Source of the DNA: an uncultured Desulfovibrio sp.
Lineage (GTDB): Bacteria; Desulfobacterota; Desulfovibrionia; Desulfovibrionales; Desulfovibrionaceae
Direction of reading: 5' to 3'
Assembly: GCA_964522365.1 (NCBI GenBank)
Contig: CAZFTQ010000002.1
Span: 195 to 64,194, forward strand
Length of the DNA: 64,000 nt
A model generated the notes under the pieces. The model did not search any database, was not told where the DNA came from, and saw only the letters and a program-made list of their open reading frames with translations. Both the position numbers and the translations under genes were made by a program. Shown piece after piece: positions 35,186 through 44,802 of the stretch. Every line of letters begins with the position of its first letter. Positions within the stretch are counted from its first letter, which is position 1.

Positions 35186-36532
35186 ATGCCCTATCTCGAA
35201 TGGTCCAGAGCTTTTGCAGACCGCGTGGCCAGAAGTCATGTGCAGTCGCTGGCGACCAGGGCGCCGGAGCTTTCCGAGCGTCTGCGCCGCGAGCTGGATC
35301 TGGGACTCCTGCCCTTCCTGCGCATGGGCTATGTGGACAAAATCCGGCGGGACATGCCGGCGCTCGCCGCCCGCGCCCGCCGCTTCCGTCACATGCTCGT
35401 TCTCGGCATCGGCGGCTCGGCCCTGGGGGCCCGCGCCATGCAGCGCGCCTTCGCCCCGGATCAGGATCTGCCCGGCCGCGGCGGCCATGACGGCAAAACG
35501 CTCTGGATTGCCGACAATGTCTGCCCCGTGACCCTGGGCCAGTGGTTTGCCCGGCTGAAACCGCAGGACACCATGGTGGTGGCCATCTCCAAGTCCGGCG
35601 GCACCATCGAGACCCTCTCCCAGTACTTCCTGGCCCGCGACTGGCTGCGCAGGGCCCTGGGCGACGCCTGGACCGAGCACATGCTCCTCGTCACCGACGA
35701 GCAGAAGGGCTTCCTCCGCGAGGAGGCCGGAACCTGGGGACTGGGCAGCCTGGAGGTGCCGGACAACCTGGGCGGCCGCTACTCCGGCCTCTCGGCCGTG
35801 GGTCTGCTCCCGGCCGCCTTCCTGGGCATCGACTGGGAGGCCCTGCTGGCCGGCGCCGATTCCGTGGCGAAATCCCTCAGGGAGGATCCCTCCTCGCTGC
35901 GGGATCACCCCTCCTTCGCTCTGGCCTGCTGGGCCCGGGCGCTGGAGGAGTACGGCTACAATGATCTCATCTTCTTCTGCTACGAGCCCCTCTTCGCCAC
36001 CTACGGCCCCTGGTTCGCCCAGCTCTGGGCCGAGAGCCTCGGCAAGGAGGGCCTGGGCACCATGCCCGTGCCCGCCACCGGGGTCACGGACCAGCATTCC
36101 GTCAACCAGATGTTCCTGGACGGCCAGCGCAACAAGGCCTGCCTCTTCGTGACGGCGGGCGGCCGCGAGCCCGGCCCCCTCTTCCCGGCCGATCTCCCCG
36201 AGCCCTGGGCCTTCCTGGCCGGCCGCCCCTTCGGGGTGCTGCTGGACGCCGAAGCCATGGGCACCCGCATGGCCCTCACCCGCCACAAGGTGCCCCTGGT
36301 GCACATCCATCTGGACGACGCCCGGGAGCGTTCCGGCGGCGCCCTCATGATGCTTCTGGAAGCGGCCACGGTCTTCACGGGCTGGCTCATGGGCATCAAT
36401 CCGCTGGATCAGCCCGCCGTGGAGCTGGGCAAGCGTCTGGCCAACGCCCGTCTGGGCAAGCCCGGCTATCCGGAGGAAGAGGCCGAGCTCAGGGCCTATC
36501 TGGACGTGCCGGAAGAACGCCAGTCCTTCTAG
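35186..36532 (+). CDS. pgi: Glucose-6-phosphate isomerase
   Basis: 448 aa. GIGGSALGARA and ISKSGGTIETL SIS-domain motifs. GGAGG RBS. Confidence 0.9.
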   Translation: MPYLEWSRAFADRVARSHVQSLATRAPELSERLRRELDLGLLPFLRMGYVDKIRRDMPALAARARRFRHMLVLGIGGSALGARAMQRAFAPDQDLPGRGGHDGKTLWIADNVCPVTLGQWFARLKPQDTMVVAISKSGGTIETLSQYFLARDWLRRALGDAWTEHMLLVTDEQKGFLREEAGTWGLGSLEVPDNLGGRYSGLSAVGLLPAAFLGIDWEALLAGADSVAKSLREDPSSLRDHPSFALACWARALEEYGYNDLIFFCYEPLFATYGPWFAQLWAESLGKEGLGTMPVPATGVTDQHSVNQMFLDGQRNKACLFVTAGGREPGPLFPADLPEPWAFLAGRPFGVLLDAEAMGTRMALTRHKVPLVHIHLDDARERSGGALMMLLEAATVFTGWLMGINPLDQPAVELGKRLANARLGKPGYPEEEAELRAYLDVPEERQSF

Positions 36533-36551
36533 CGGCTGAAGGGAGAAGAGC

Positions 36552-38069
36552 ATGACCGGCCAGACGGCGCAGGAACAGGAGAGCGGCGGCAGGGGAGGCG
36601 CGGGGCGCGACCTCTCGCTCAGCTACGCCCGCACGCTCTCCTGGCTCTCGCTCCTGGTGGTGCTGCTCACGAGCCTGGGCCTTTCCTTCGTCATGTCCAA
36701 CCAGGCCCGTCAGGCCCTCATGGCCCGCCAGGAGGGTTTCGCCACCCTCCTGGTCCACAATCTCAACAACCAGATCTTCCAGCGCTTCGCCGTGCCCACC
36801 ATCCTGGCCTACGGGCACATCTCCCTGCGCCAGGACGAGCAGTACGAGCGTCTGGACGCCGTGGTCCGCTCGGTCATCCAGGGCCTGCCGGTCTCGCGCC
36901 TCAGGGTCTACGACTTCTCCCGGGTGGTGGCCTATTCCACGGAACCCTCGGAAATCGGGCACCGGGGCCTCGCCCCCATCAACATTTCCTCGGTCTTTCA
37001 GGGCAAAACGCCCAAGCCCGAGACCCTGACCCGCTTCACCTTCTGGGAACTCCCCTTCAACTGGCCCCTCCCGGAGGGTTCCTTCCAGCTCAAGGTCCTC
37101 TTCCCCCTGCGGGGCGACGCCTACAAGACCGTCCCCACGCCGGTGCTGGGGGTCCTCGAGCTGACCCAGGACATCACCTCGGACTATGTGCAGGTGCTCC
37201 TCTTCCAGGCCGCCGTGGTGGTCATGTGCCTGCTCTCCTCCGTCATCATCTTCGCCCTGCTGCTCATCATCATCCACCGGGCGGAGGCGGCCCTGGCCCA
37301 GCGCCTCCAGACCAACATGCAGCTGGAAAAGGAGCTTCAGAGCTCGGAGCGGCTGGTGAGCATGGGCCGGGTGGTGGCGAGCATCGCCCACGAAATCCGC
37401 AATCCTCTGGGCATCATCCGCTCCACGGCGGATCTTCTCCAGAAACGGGCGGGCACCACCCTGGACCGGGGGAGCACCCGCCTGCTCCAGGCCATGTGCG
37501 ACGAGTCCGTCAGGCTTTCCCAGACGGTCAACGACTTTCTGGACTACGCGAGGCCCCGCCAGCCCAGAAAGGACCCCGTGGAGCTGGGAGCGGTCCTCGG
37601 CCAGATCCTGGCCTTCGTGGAAGGCGACTTCGGCCGCTCGGGCATCCATCTCATCACCCACCTGGAAGAGCCCCTCTGGGTGCTGGGCGACAAGGATCTC
37701 CTCTACCGGGCCTTCTACAACATCCTCATGAACGGCCGTCAGGCCATGACGGGACCGGCCAGCCTCACCGTGCACGGCCATGTGCGGGAAAACACCGCCG
37801 TTCTGGCGGTCACGGACTCCGGACCCGGTTTTGACCCGGACACCATGGACAAGCTCTTCGAGCCCTTCTTCACCACCAAGGAGGGGGGCACGGGCCTGGG
37901 GCTGCCCATCGTCCGCTCCATCATTGAATCTCACGGCGGCGCCGTGACGCTCTCCAATCCGGAGGGCGGCGGAGCCAGGGTGGAGGTGAGCCTGCCCCTG
38001 GCGCCCCGGCAGACGGCGGCCGCCGAGGCGGGATCCGAACCCGCTCCGGAAACCGCGGCCCAGGGCTGA
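36552..38069 (+). CDS. Sensor histidine kinase (2 TM, HisKA + HATPase_c)
   Basis: H-box SIAHEIRNPL, N-box NILMNGRQAM, DSGPGF, GGTGLGLPIV. Confidence 0.9.
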   Translation: MTGQTAQEQESGGRGGAGRDLSLSYARTLSWLSLLVVLLTSLGLSFVMSNQARQALMARQEGFATLLVHNLNNQIFQRFAVPTILAYGHISLRQDEQYERLDAVVRSVIQGLPVSRLRVYDFSRVVAYSTEPSEIGHRGLAPINISSVFQGKTPKPETLTRFTFWELPFNWPLPEGSFQLKVLFPLRGDAYKTVPTPVLGVLELTQDITSDYVQVLLFQAAVVVMCLLSSVIIFALLLIIIHRAEAALAQRLQTNMQLEKELQSSERLVSMGRVVASIAHEIRNPLGIIRSTADLLQKRAGTTLDRGSTRLLQAMCDESVRLSQTVNDFLDYARPRQPRKDPVELGAVLGQILAFVEGDFGRSGIHLITHLEEPLWVLGDKDLLYRAFYNILMNGRQAMTGPASLTVHGHVRENTAVLAVTDSGPGFDPDTMDKLFEPFFTTKEGGTGLGLPIVRSIIESHGGAVTLSNPEGGGARVEVSLPLAPRQTAAAEAGSEPAPETAAQG

Positions 38070-38117
38070 GACCTTCGCCGGACTCCGGGACGACACGCCG
38101 GGGACAGGGAAACGAGC

Positions 38118-39500
38118 ATGCCAGAAAGCGCCCACATCCTCATCATCGACGACGAAAAGAACTATCTCCTTGTCCTGGAGACTCTGCTGGAAGACGAGGG
38201 CTACACCGTCACGGCCATCAGCGATCCCGAGACGGCCATGGCCTTTCTTCAGGAAAGCGACGTGGACGTGGTCGTCACGGACATGAAGATGCCCCGCATG
38301 AGCGGCATGGAGGTGCTCTCCCAGGTCAAGCGCCAGTGGCCGCACATCCCCGTGCTCATCATGACGGCCTTCGGCTCCATAGAAAGCGCCGTGGAGACCA
38401 TGAAATACGGGGCCTTCGACTACATCACCAAGCCCTTTTCCAACGACGAGCTCCTCCTCTCCATCCACAACGCCTCGGAGCTCGCCCGCACCCAGCGCCA
38501 GTACCGCCTCCTGCAGGAATCCGTGCAGGAGCACTTCGGCCTGCACACCCTCATCGGCCGCAGCCGGAGCATGGTCCAGATCCGCCAGAAAATCGAGCGC
38601 ACGGCCCCGGGCCGCACCATGGTCCTCATCACCGGCGAGCGCGGCACGGGCAAGCAGATGGCCGCCCGGGCCATCCACCTGGCGAGTCCCCGCAAGGAAA
38701 AGCCCTTCGTGGCCGTGGACTGCACCTCCCTGCCCCCGGAGACCCTGGAAAAGGAGCTCTTCGGCAGCGAGACCCCGTCCTCGGGCGGCACCACGGCCAT
38801 CCAGCGCGGGCGCATCGAGCAGGCCGACGGCGGCACCCTCTACCTGAGCGAGCTCTCGGCGCTTTCCCTGGATCTCCAGGGCCGCCTGCTGCGCGTCCTC
38901 CAGGACCGCAGAATCGAGCGTCTGGGAGGATCGGGCAGCTTTGACGTGGACGTGCGCTTCGTGGCGGCCTCCTCCTGCGACCTGGCCCGAAAGGTGGAGG
39001 AGGGGAAGTTCCGGGACGATCTCTACTACCGCGTCAATGTGGTGCAGATAGCCATGCCGCCCCTGCGGGAGCGGCGGGAGGACATCCCCCTGCTGGTGGC
39101 CCACTTCACGGCCCGGCACTGCCAGGACAACGGCATCACCGAGCAGAAGACCTTCACCCGCCAGGCCCTCAACTATCTCTCGGGCTACGACTGGCCGGGC
39201 AATGTGCGGCAGCTGGAAAATGTGGTGGAAAGCTGCATGGTCCTCGTGGGCGGCCGCGAAATCGGGGAGGAGAATCTTCCCACGGACATCCGGGACGAGG
39301 AATCCCAGTTCAAGAGCGCCGTGGACCTGCTCCCGGTGCAGCTCAATCTGGCGGACACGCTGGACAAAATAGAGGCCGCCATCATCCGCCGGGCCCTTGT
39401 CCGGGCCGAGCTCGTGCAGGCCAAGGCCGCGGAACTCCTCAACATCTCCAAGAGCCTGCTGCTCTACAAGCTCAAAAAGTACGGCATCACGGGCCATTGA
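38118..39500 (+). CDS. NtrC-family response regulator (REC-AAA+-HTH) with a degenerate GAFTGA loop
   Basis: REC (ILIIDDEKNY...DMKMPRMSG), Walker A GERGTGKQ, WPGNVRQLENV, and C-terminal HTH AAELLNISKSLLLYKLKKYGI. The GAFTGA position reads PSSGGT (38775-38792). Confidence 0.9.
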   Translation: MPESAHILIIDDEKNYLLVLETLLEDEGYTVTAISDPETAMAFLQESDVDVVVTDMKMPRMSGMEVLSQVKRQWPHIPVLIMTAFGSIESAVETMKYGAFDYITKPFSNDELLLSIHNASELARTQRQYRLLQESVQEHFGLHTLIGRSRSMVQIRQKIERTAPGRTMVLITGERGTGKQMAARAIHLASPRKEKPFVAVDCTSLPPETLEKELFGSETPSSGGTTAIQRGRIEQADGGTLYLSELSALSLDLQGRLLRVLQDRRIERLGGSGSFDVDVRFVAASSCDLARKVEEGKFRDDLYYRVNVVQIAMPPLRERREDIPLLVAHFTARHCQDNGITEQKTFTRQALNYLSGYDWPGNVRQLENVVESCMVLVGGREIGEENLPTDIRDEESQFKSAVDLLPVQLNLADTLDKIEAAIIRRALVRAELVQAKAAELLNISKSLLLYKLKKYGITGH

Positions 39501-39511
39501 TTCCTCAGCTC

Positions 39512-41437
39512 ATGGAACGGCCCGATCCGCAGACTCTGCCACTTTCGCCCGGCGTCTATCTCTACCGGGACGCCGTGGGCAATGTCCTCTATGTGGGAAA
39601 GGCCCGGGCGCTCAGGCGCCGCGTGCTCTCCTATTTCCGTCCTGACGGCGTGCCCCCCAAGACCCGGGCCATGCTGAGCCATGCCCGGAAGATCGAGTAC
39701 CTGACCACGGCCACGGAAAAGGAGGCCCTCCTGCTGGAGGCGAGCCTCATCAAGCGCTACCGCCCGCACTACAACATCCTGCTGCGGGACGACAAGCAGT
39801 ACTTTCTTTTCCGGCTGGACCTGCGGGCGGAGTTTCCGCGGCTCGAGATTGTCCGCCACGCCCGCAGGGACGGCGCCCGCTATTTCGGCCCCTTTTCCTC
39901 GGCCCTCGCGGCCCGGGAGACCTGGAAGCTCCTGCACCGGGTCTTTCCCCTCAGGCGCTGCGCGGACAGGGCCATGCGCAACCGCGTGCGCCCCTGCCTC
40001 TACCACCACATGGGCCAGTGTCCGGCGCCCTGCCTGGGGCTTGCCGACAGGGAGGAGTACAGGGTCCAGGCCGAGCGGGTCTGCGAGGTGCTCTCGGGCA
40101 GGGCGGGGGGCCTGCTCAGTCAGCTCCGGGAGCGCATGCTCGCCGCCTCCGAGGCCCTGGACTTCGAGACGGCGGCCGCCCTGCGCGATCAGATCCGCGC
40201 CGTGGAAAAAACCGTGGAGCAGCAGGCCGTGGTCCTGCCCAGGGGCGGAGACATGGACGTGGCGGGCCTTTCGGTGGCCGAGGGCGGTCTCGCCCTGGGG
40301 CTGCTCTTCGTGCGGGGCGGCGCCGTGGTGGACGGCCGGGCCTTCTGGTGGCCGGGACTGGATTTCGCCGACGCCTCGGAATGCCTCGTGAGCTTCGTGA
40401 GCCAGTTTTACCTGGACAGGATCCCGCCCCCGCGCATCCTGCTTCCCTGGATCCCTGAGGACAGCGAGGAGGCCGGGGAAGGGGAGGAGGAGGGCCGCGG
40501 CGACCGCGCCCTGCTGGAGCAGAGCCTTTCCGAGCGCCGGGGTCAGCCCGTGCGTCTGGCGGCTCCCAGAAACGCCGCCGACAACCGGCTCGTGGACATC
40601 GCCCGGGACAACGCCCGGGAAGAGGCCCTGCGCAGGCAGCGGGCCGGGGAGGCGGCCCCTCTGGCCGCCCTGGCGAAGCTTCTGCGCCTGCCCGCCCCGC
40701 CCGCGCGGATCGAGTGCGTGGATGTGTCCCACACCGGCGGCCGCGAGACCCGGGTGGGGCTTGTGGTCTACACGGACGGCCAGCCCGACAGATGCGCCTA
40801 CCGGGTCTATGCCATGCCGGACAGCGCCGATGACTTCGCCACCCTCCATGCCTGGGTGGCGAGACGGCTCGAGAGCGGCCCGCCCTGGCCCGATCTGCTC
40901 CTGGTGGACGGCGGCAGGGGCCAGATTTCCTCGGTGGTCCGGGCCCTGGACGAGGCGGGAAAGCCCGCCTTCTTTCCGGTGGCGGGCATCGCCAAGGCGA
41001 GGAACGAGGAAGGCCTCCCCGACCGCCGGGCGGGCAATGTGGCCGACCGGATCTTCGTGCCCGGGCGCGGCAATCCTCTCCCCTTCCGGGAGGGGAGTCC
41101 GGAGCTTCTCTTTCTCCAGCGCGTCCGGGACGACACCCACCGTCTGGCCGTCACCCGCCACCGCCGGGCGCGCACGGGGAAGGCCCTTTCGGGCGAGCTC
41201 ATGCGGCTTCCCGGCATCGGCACGGCCACGGCCCGTCTGCTCTGGGATCATTTCAAAAGCTTTTCCGCCATGCGCGAAGCCTCCGAGGAGGAGCTTCTGG
41301 CCGTTCCGGGCATCGGCCGGGCGAGGGCGAAAAGGATCGCCTCCTGCCTGGCCGCGCTCTCGGCCCCCGGAGAGGCGTCCGGGGGCTCTTCCGGGAAGCC
41401 CCGCGCGCAGCGGGAGCCGAAGGACGGGTCCGCCTGA
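39512..41437 (+). CDS. uvrC: Excinuclease ABC subunit C
   Basis: GIY-YIG N-terminus (GVYLYRDAVGNVLYVGKA), UVR domain, and C-terminal (HhH)2 (LPGIGTATARLL...VPGIGRARA). ATG 39512 is preferred; TTG 39497 is the alternative. Confidence 0.95.
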   Translation: MERPDPQTLPLSPGVYLYRDAVGNVLYVGKARALRRRVLSYFRPDGVPPKTRAMLSHARKIEYLTTATEKEALLLEASLIKRYRPHYNILLRDDKQYFLFRLDLRAEFPRLEIVRHARRDGARYFGPFSSALAARETWKLLHRVFPLRRCADRAMRNRVRPCLYHHMGQCPAPCLGLADREEYRVQAERVCEVLSGRAGGLLSQLRERMLAASEALDFETAAALRDQIRAVEKTVEQQAVVLPRGGDMDVAGLSVAEGGLALGLLFVRGGAVVDGRAFWWPGLDFADASECLVSFVSQFYLDRIPPPRILLPWIPEDSEEAGEGEEEGRGDRALLEQSLSERRGQPVRLAAPRNAADNRLVDIARDNAREEALRRQRAGEAAPLAALAKLLRLPAPPARIECVDVSHTGGRETRVGLVVYTDGQPDRCAYRVYAMPDSADDFATLHAWVARRLESGPPWPDLLLVDGGRGQISSVVRALDEAGKPAFFPVAGIAKARNEEGLPDRRAGNVADRIFVPGRGNPLPFREGSPELLFLQRVRDDTHRLAVTRHRRARTGKALSGELMRLPGIGTATARLLWDHFKSFSAMREASEEELLAVPGIGRARAKRIASCLAALSAPGEASGGSSGKPRAQREPKDGSA

Positions 41438-41479
41438 AAAAAAGGCGCGTTTTTTGCGGAAAATCCTTTTCCCAGGCCG

Positions 41480-41507
41480 TTGACAGGCCTTCGGCCCGGC
41501 GTATAGT
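41480..41507 (+). promoter_or_regulatory. Strong candidate sigma-70 promoter
   Basis: TTGACA (41480-41485), 16-nt spacer, TATAGT (41502-41507), about 78 nt upstream of ATG 41585. Confidence 0.6.
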
Positions 41508-41584
41508 CCCCATCGCGGCCGGGTTTTCCGGACGCCCTTGTCCGGAACCCGCCCCGGGACCACCTTCTCGCGCCGAATAGATCC

Positions 41585-42355
41585 ATGCATCCTTCCCGCC
41601 TCTGGCCTCTGCCTCTTTTTCTGCTTGTCTGCGCCCTTTTCGCGGCCTTCGCCGCCGAGGGGCAGGCGAGCGCCCTGTACTCGGCCGGCAGCGACCGGGG
41701 CGGCGCCTCCGTTCAGCCGCAGGCGCCCGCCGCCCGGGCATGGAGCGAGCGGAGCCTCGAGCGCACGGGCCGCCAGGGACTGCCGGATGTGGCCGTGCGC
41801 TATCCCGCCTTCGGTCTGCCGGCCGTGGACGAGGATCTGGCCCTCTGGGTGGAGCACATGGCGGGCGTCTTCGAATACGACTGCGCGACCCAGGAGCACG
41901 GAGAGGATCAGGCGGAGACGCCGCCGGCCTGGCTGAGCGCCTCCTTCACCGTCACCTCGCCCTCCGGCGCCGCGGCGAGCGTCGTCTTCGATGTCTGGCT
42001 CCGGACGGGGGAGAGCGAAGCGAGCGAGGACATCCTGACCCTGAGCTACGATCTGCTCACGGGCAGGCGCCTGCATTTCGTGGACATCTTTGAGGACACG
42101 GACCGGGCGCTCGCCATCCTCTCCGAAAGATCCCGCGCGGCCCTCGCCCGGGAGACGGCCTGGGACACGGCTTCGGCGGCGGGCGGCACCCGGCCCGCGG
42201 CGGAAAACTTCGCGAGCATCGCCCTCATCCCCGAGGGCGTGCGGGTCTATTTCCAGTCCTTTCAGGTCACGCGCTGGCCGGGAAGCCGTCAGGTGGACAT
42301 CCCGCTGGAAGCGCTCATGCCCGCCGGTCCCTGGCTGGCCCTCTGGGGCCGCTGA
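41585..42355 (+). CDS. Secreted hypothetical protein, possibly DUF3298/RsiV-like
   Basis: 256 aa with a signal peptide (LWPLPLFLLVCALFAAFAAEG). The C-terminal VRVYFQSFQVTRWPGSRQVDIPLEAL resembles the DUF3298 tail. The family call is tentative. Confidence 0.7.
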   Translation: MHPSRLWPLPLFLLVCALFAAFAAEGQASALYSAGSDRGGASVQPQAPAARAWSERSLERTGRQGLPDVAVRYPAFGLPAVDEDLALWVEHMAGVFEYDCATQEHGEDQAETPPAWLSASFTVTSPSGAAASVVFDVWLRTGESEASEDILTLSYDLLTGRRLHFVDIFEDTDRALAILSERSRAALARETAWDTASAAGGTRPAAENFASIALIPEGVRVYFQSFQVTRWPGSRQVDIPLEALMPAGPWLALWGR

Positions 42356-42417
42356 AGAAGGGCGCCTGCGGGATCCGGGCAGGAGAAGCGGACCTGAGGC
42401 GCGCGGAAGAAAAAGGA

Positions 42418-42497
42418 CCGGGAAAAGCGTTTCCCTGCGGGAGGGCGGCCGGCCGTTCCCGGGGGAAAGTCTGTCTTTCCGGGAAAAGCGTCCCCTG
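42418..42497 (+). repeat. Imperfect direct repeat CCGGGAAAAGCGT(T/C)(T/C)CCCTG x2, 61 nt apart
   Basis: Copies at 42418-42437 and 42479-42497, in the spacer upstream of the nucleotidyltransferase gene. Confidence 0.5.
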
Positions 42498-42598
42498 ACG
42501 CCTCCCTTCGGGCGCGGGGGCCCCGCGCCTGAAAAAAAAGAGAACGCGGAAAGGGCGTACGCCGGAGGGCGGACGATTCTTTCACGCGGGAGAAGACA

Positions 42599-43606
42599 AT
42601 GCCGGACAGAGAAGCGCTCCTGGCGGAGGCCAGGGAGATGGTGCGGGGGAGGGGACGTCTCCTTTTCCTCTGCTTTTTCGGATCCACCCTCTACGGCACG
42701 CGCCGCGAGGGGAGCTCCGACACGGATCTGCGCGGTCTCTGGCTGCCGGACGAGGCGCCGGAAAACGAGGAGGCCATGGCCCGCGTGAAGGGTCTGCACC
42801 GGTCCACGGGGGTGCGGCGCGTCCGCAACACCCACGAGGACACGGACATCGATCTCGTCTCGGCCGAGCGCTGGCTCTGCCGGGGGCTTGCCCAGGGGGA
42901 CACCGGGTCCCTGGATCTGCTCTACGCGCCCACGAATCCTCCCTGCGTCCTCTTCTGCCACCCGGCCCTGGAGGAGATCTTCGCCTCGCCCCTGCGCTTT
43001 CTGAACCTTGCCGACGGGGGAAGCTGCGAGAGCTACTGCCGCGGCCAGGGCAACACCTTCGGCATGCGGGGCACCCGGCTGGGAGCCCTCTGGCGGGTCC
43101 GGCGGGCTCTGGAGGGCCTGGATCCCGGACTCCGTCTGGAGAGGCGGGCGGAGTTTCTCGCGCAGGCAGCCGGGGCGCCGGACTTCTGCTCCGTCGCGGA
43201 GGACGGGGGTCTGCTTCTCGCCGGGCAGCGCCACATGGCCTTCACGAAAACCGGCGAGCTTGTCCTGCGGCTGGACAGGATGCTCGCGGGGCACCGGGAG
43301 CGCATCGAGGCGGCGAGAGAGGGCAGGGACGTGGACTGGAAGGCTCTTTCCCACGCCCTGCGGGCCATCCGCCAGCAGGAAAGCCTCCTGCGCGACGGGA
43401 CCCTGCGCTTCCCCCTTGCCTGCCGGGAGGAGATCCTCCGGGTGAAGGAGGGCGGGCTCTCCTTTGCCTGTGCGGAAGATCTCATCTGCTCGGGACTGGA
43501 GGGTCTGAGAAAGCTCAGAAGCGTTTCGCCCTGGGCTGTCGCGCCGGACGGACGGGCGACCGCGGCCGCGGCCTCCCGGCTCAGGGAGCGGGCGGGCGGA
43601 GCCTGA
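42599..43606 (+). CDS. Pol-beta-superfamily nucleotidyltransferase (YcgL/RlaP-like predicted NTase)
   Basis: 335 aa. N-terminal LFLCFFGSTLYGTRREGSSDTDLRGLW (GS-x-YG...SD-x-D) plus a second acidic block EDTDIDLV. Confidence 0.7.
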   Translation: MPDREALLAEAREMVRGRGRLLFLCFFGSTLYGTRREGSSDTDLRGLWLPDEAPENEEAMARVKGLHRSTGVRRVRNTHEDTDIDLVSAERWLCRGLAQGDTGSLDLLYAPTNPPCVLFCHPALEEIFASPLRFLNLADGGSCESYCRGQGNTFGMRGTRLGALWRVRRALEGLDPGLRLERRAEFLAQAAGAPDFCSVAEDGGLLLAGQRHMAFTKTGELVLRLDRMLAGHRERIEAAREGRDVDWKALSHALRAIRQQESLLRDGTLRFPLACREEILRVKEGGLSFACAEDLICSGLEGLRKLRSVSPWAVAPDGRATAAAASRLRERAGGA

Positions 43607-43763
43607 GCTTCGCCTGAAGGGGCCTCCCCGCCCCGGCCCGGACTCCGGAGCCCGCCCCGGGGGCGGCTTGTGCAGGAGCGGGATTTTCCGCTACACTGTG
43701 CGCCGCGGCGGCCGGAAGTCTCCGGCTTTCCACGCCGACATCAGGCTCTCAAAGGAAGAAGGC

Positions 43764-44693
43764 ATGAACATACAGTGTCCACACTGCGGCTACGCCAGGG
43801 ACATGGCGGAGGAGCGGATTCCGGACGGCGAGCTTACGGTGCGCTGCCCTGCCTGCGGAAAGACTTTTCTTTTCTCCAAGGCGGCGGAAGAACTCCGGGA
43901 AGAGTCTGCCGCCCGGCCGGACGACGGGGCGCAGGCGGAAGCCGCCGCCCCTCCCGGGGAAGGGCGGGAAGACCCGGGGCCGGGTTCCTCCGGGCCGGAA
44001 GACCGCTCCGAAGACCGCTCCGAAGAGCGCGGGTTTTCCGCGAAGAGGTCCGGCTCCCGGCGCTCCCGGCGGGATCCCGCGACCGTGAATCCCTGGGAGG
44101 AGGCGGAAAGCCCCGCGGACTGGGTCTCCGCGTTCTGGCGGACCTGCCTGCGGGCCTCGCTCTCCCCCGGACGCTTTTTTTCCGGCACCGTCCCCCGCTC
44201 CGTCCTGCGGGCCCTGGGCTTTCTCGTCACCGTCTGCGTCCTGCAGACCCTCATCGAGCATGTCTGGAGCCAGGTCTTCTTCACCTGGATCATGCCCGTC
44301 ACGGACGAGATGGATCCCCAGCTCAGGCAGTTCGCGGAGATGCTCACGAGCAGGGGGGACCTCGTGGTCTGGCTGGGCCTGCGCTGCGTCATGCTCACGG
44401 CGCAGATCTGCATCTTCTCCGCCGTGCTCCATCTGGGCTGGCGCGTTCTCGTGCGGCGATCCAGCTTTTCCGTGGTGCTGCAGGTCGTCTGCTACGCCCA
44501 GGCGCCGCTGCTGCTGAGCATCGTTCCCGGCGTCGGGTCCATTGTCGGACTCGTCTGGAGCCTCTGCTGCGTGGTCATCGGCTGCCGGGCGGCCCTGCGT
44601 TTTTCCTGGGGTCAGACCCTGCTCGGCATGGCGCCCCTCATGGCGCTTCTCTTTTTTTCCTACATGCATTTTCTCTCCTCCCTGCAGGGCTGA
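43764..44693 (+). CDS. Zinc-ribbon + Yip1-like multi-TM membrane protein
   Basis: C-terminal part of ORF 43668..44693. MNIQCPHCG...VRCPACGKTFLF zinc ribbon, acidic/Ser-rich linker, then 5 hydrophobic helices. Confidence 0.7.
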   Translation: MNIQCPHCGYARDMAEERIPDGELTVRCPACGKTFLFSKAAEELREESAARPDDGAQAEAAAPPGEGREDPGPGSSGPEDRSEDRSEERGFSAKRSGSRRSRRDPATVNPWEEAESPADWVSAFWRTCLRASLSPGRFFSGTVPRSVLRALGFLVTVCVLQTLIEHVWSQVFFTWIMPVTDEMDPQLRQFAEMLTSRGDLVVWLGLRCVMLTAQICIFSAVLHLGWRVLVRRSSFSVVLQVVCYAQAPLLLSIVPGVGSIVGLVWSLCCVVIGCRAALRFSWGQTLLGMAPLMALLFFSYMHFLSSLQG

Positions 44694-44774
44694 GGGCGGC
44701 CGCACAGCCCCGGATCCCCGGGAAGACGCGTTTTTTTTTCCCGTTTTCCGGCGCTCTTTTTTCAGCGTGACTCA

Positions 44775-44802
44775 TTGACTTTTCTGCCGTCTTGTCTAGG
44801 TT
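44775..44802 (+). promoter_or_regulatory. Candidate sigma-70 promoter ahead of a leader of about 235 nt
   Basis: TTGACT (44775-44780), 16-nt spacer, TAGGTT (44797-44802). Confidence 0.35.

Noticed and set aside
39464-43354. 1296-aa ORF on the minus strand. Similar giant antisense ORFs are 36489..39497 (-), 46547..49354 (-), 60464..62920 (-), 34325..36553 (-), 28149..30293 (+), 20861..22912 (-) and 53558..55204 (-).
   Set aside because: Each lies exactly opposite genes with unambiguous family motifs (uvrC, HK/RR, uvrA, GOGAT, pgi, the activator, speA, glnN). Their translations are Gly/Arg/Ala/Pro/His-rich with no motifs. High G/C at third codon positions in the true frames suppresses stop codons on the opposite strand, so long shadow ORFs are expected.
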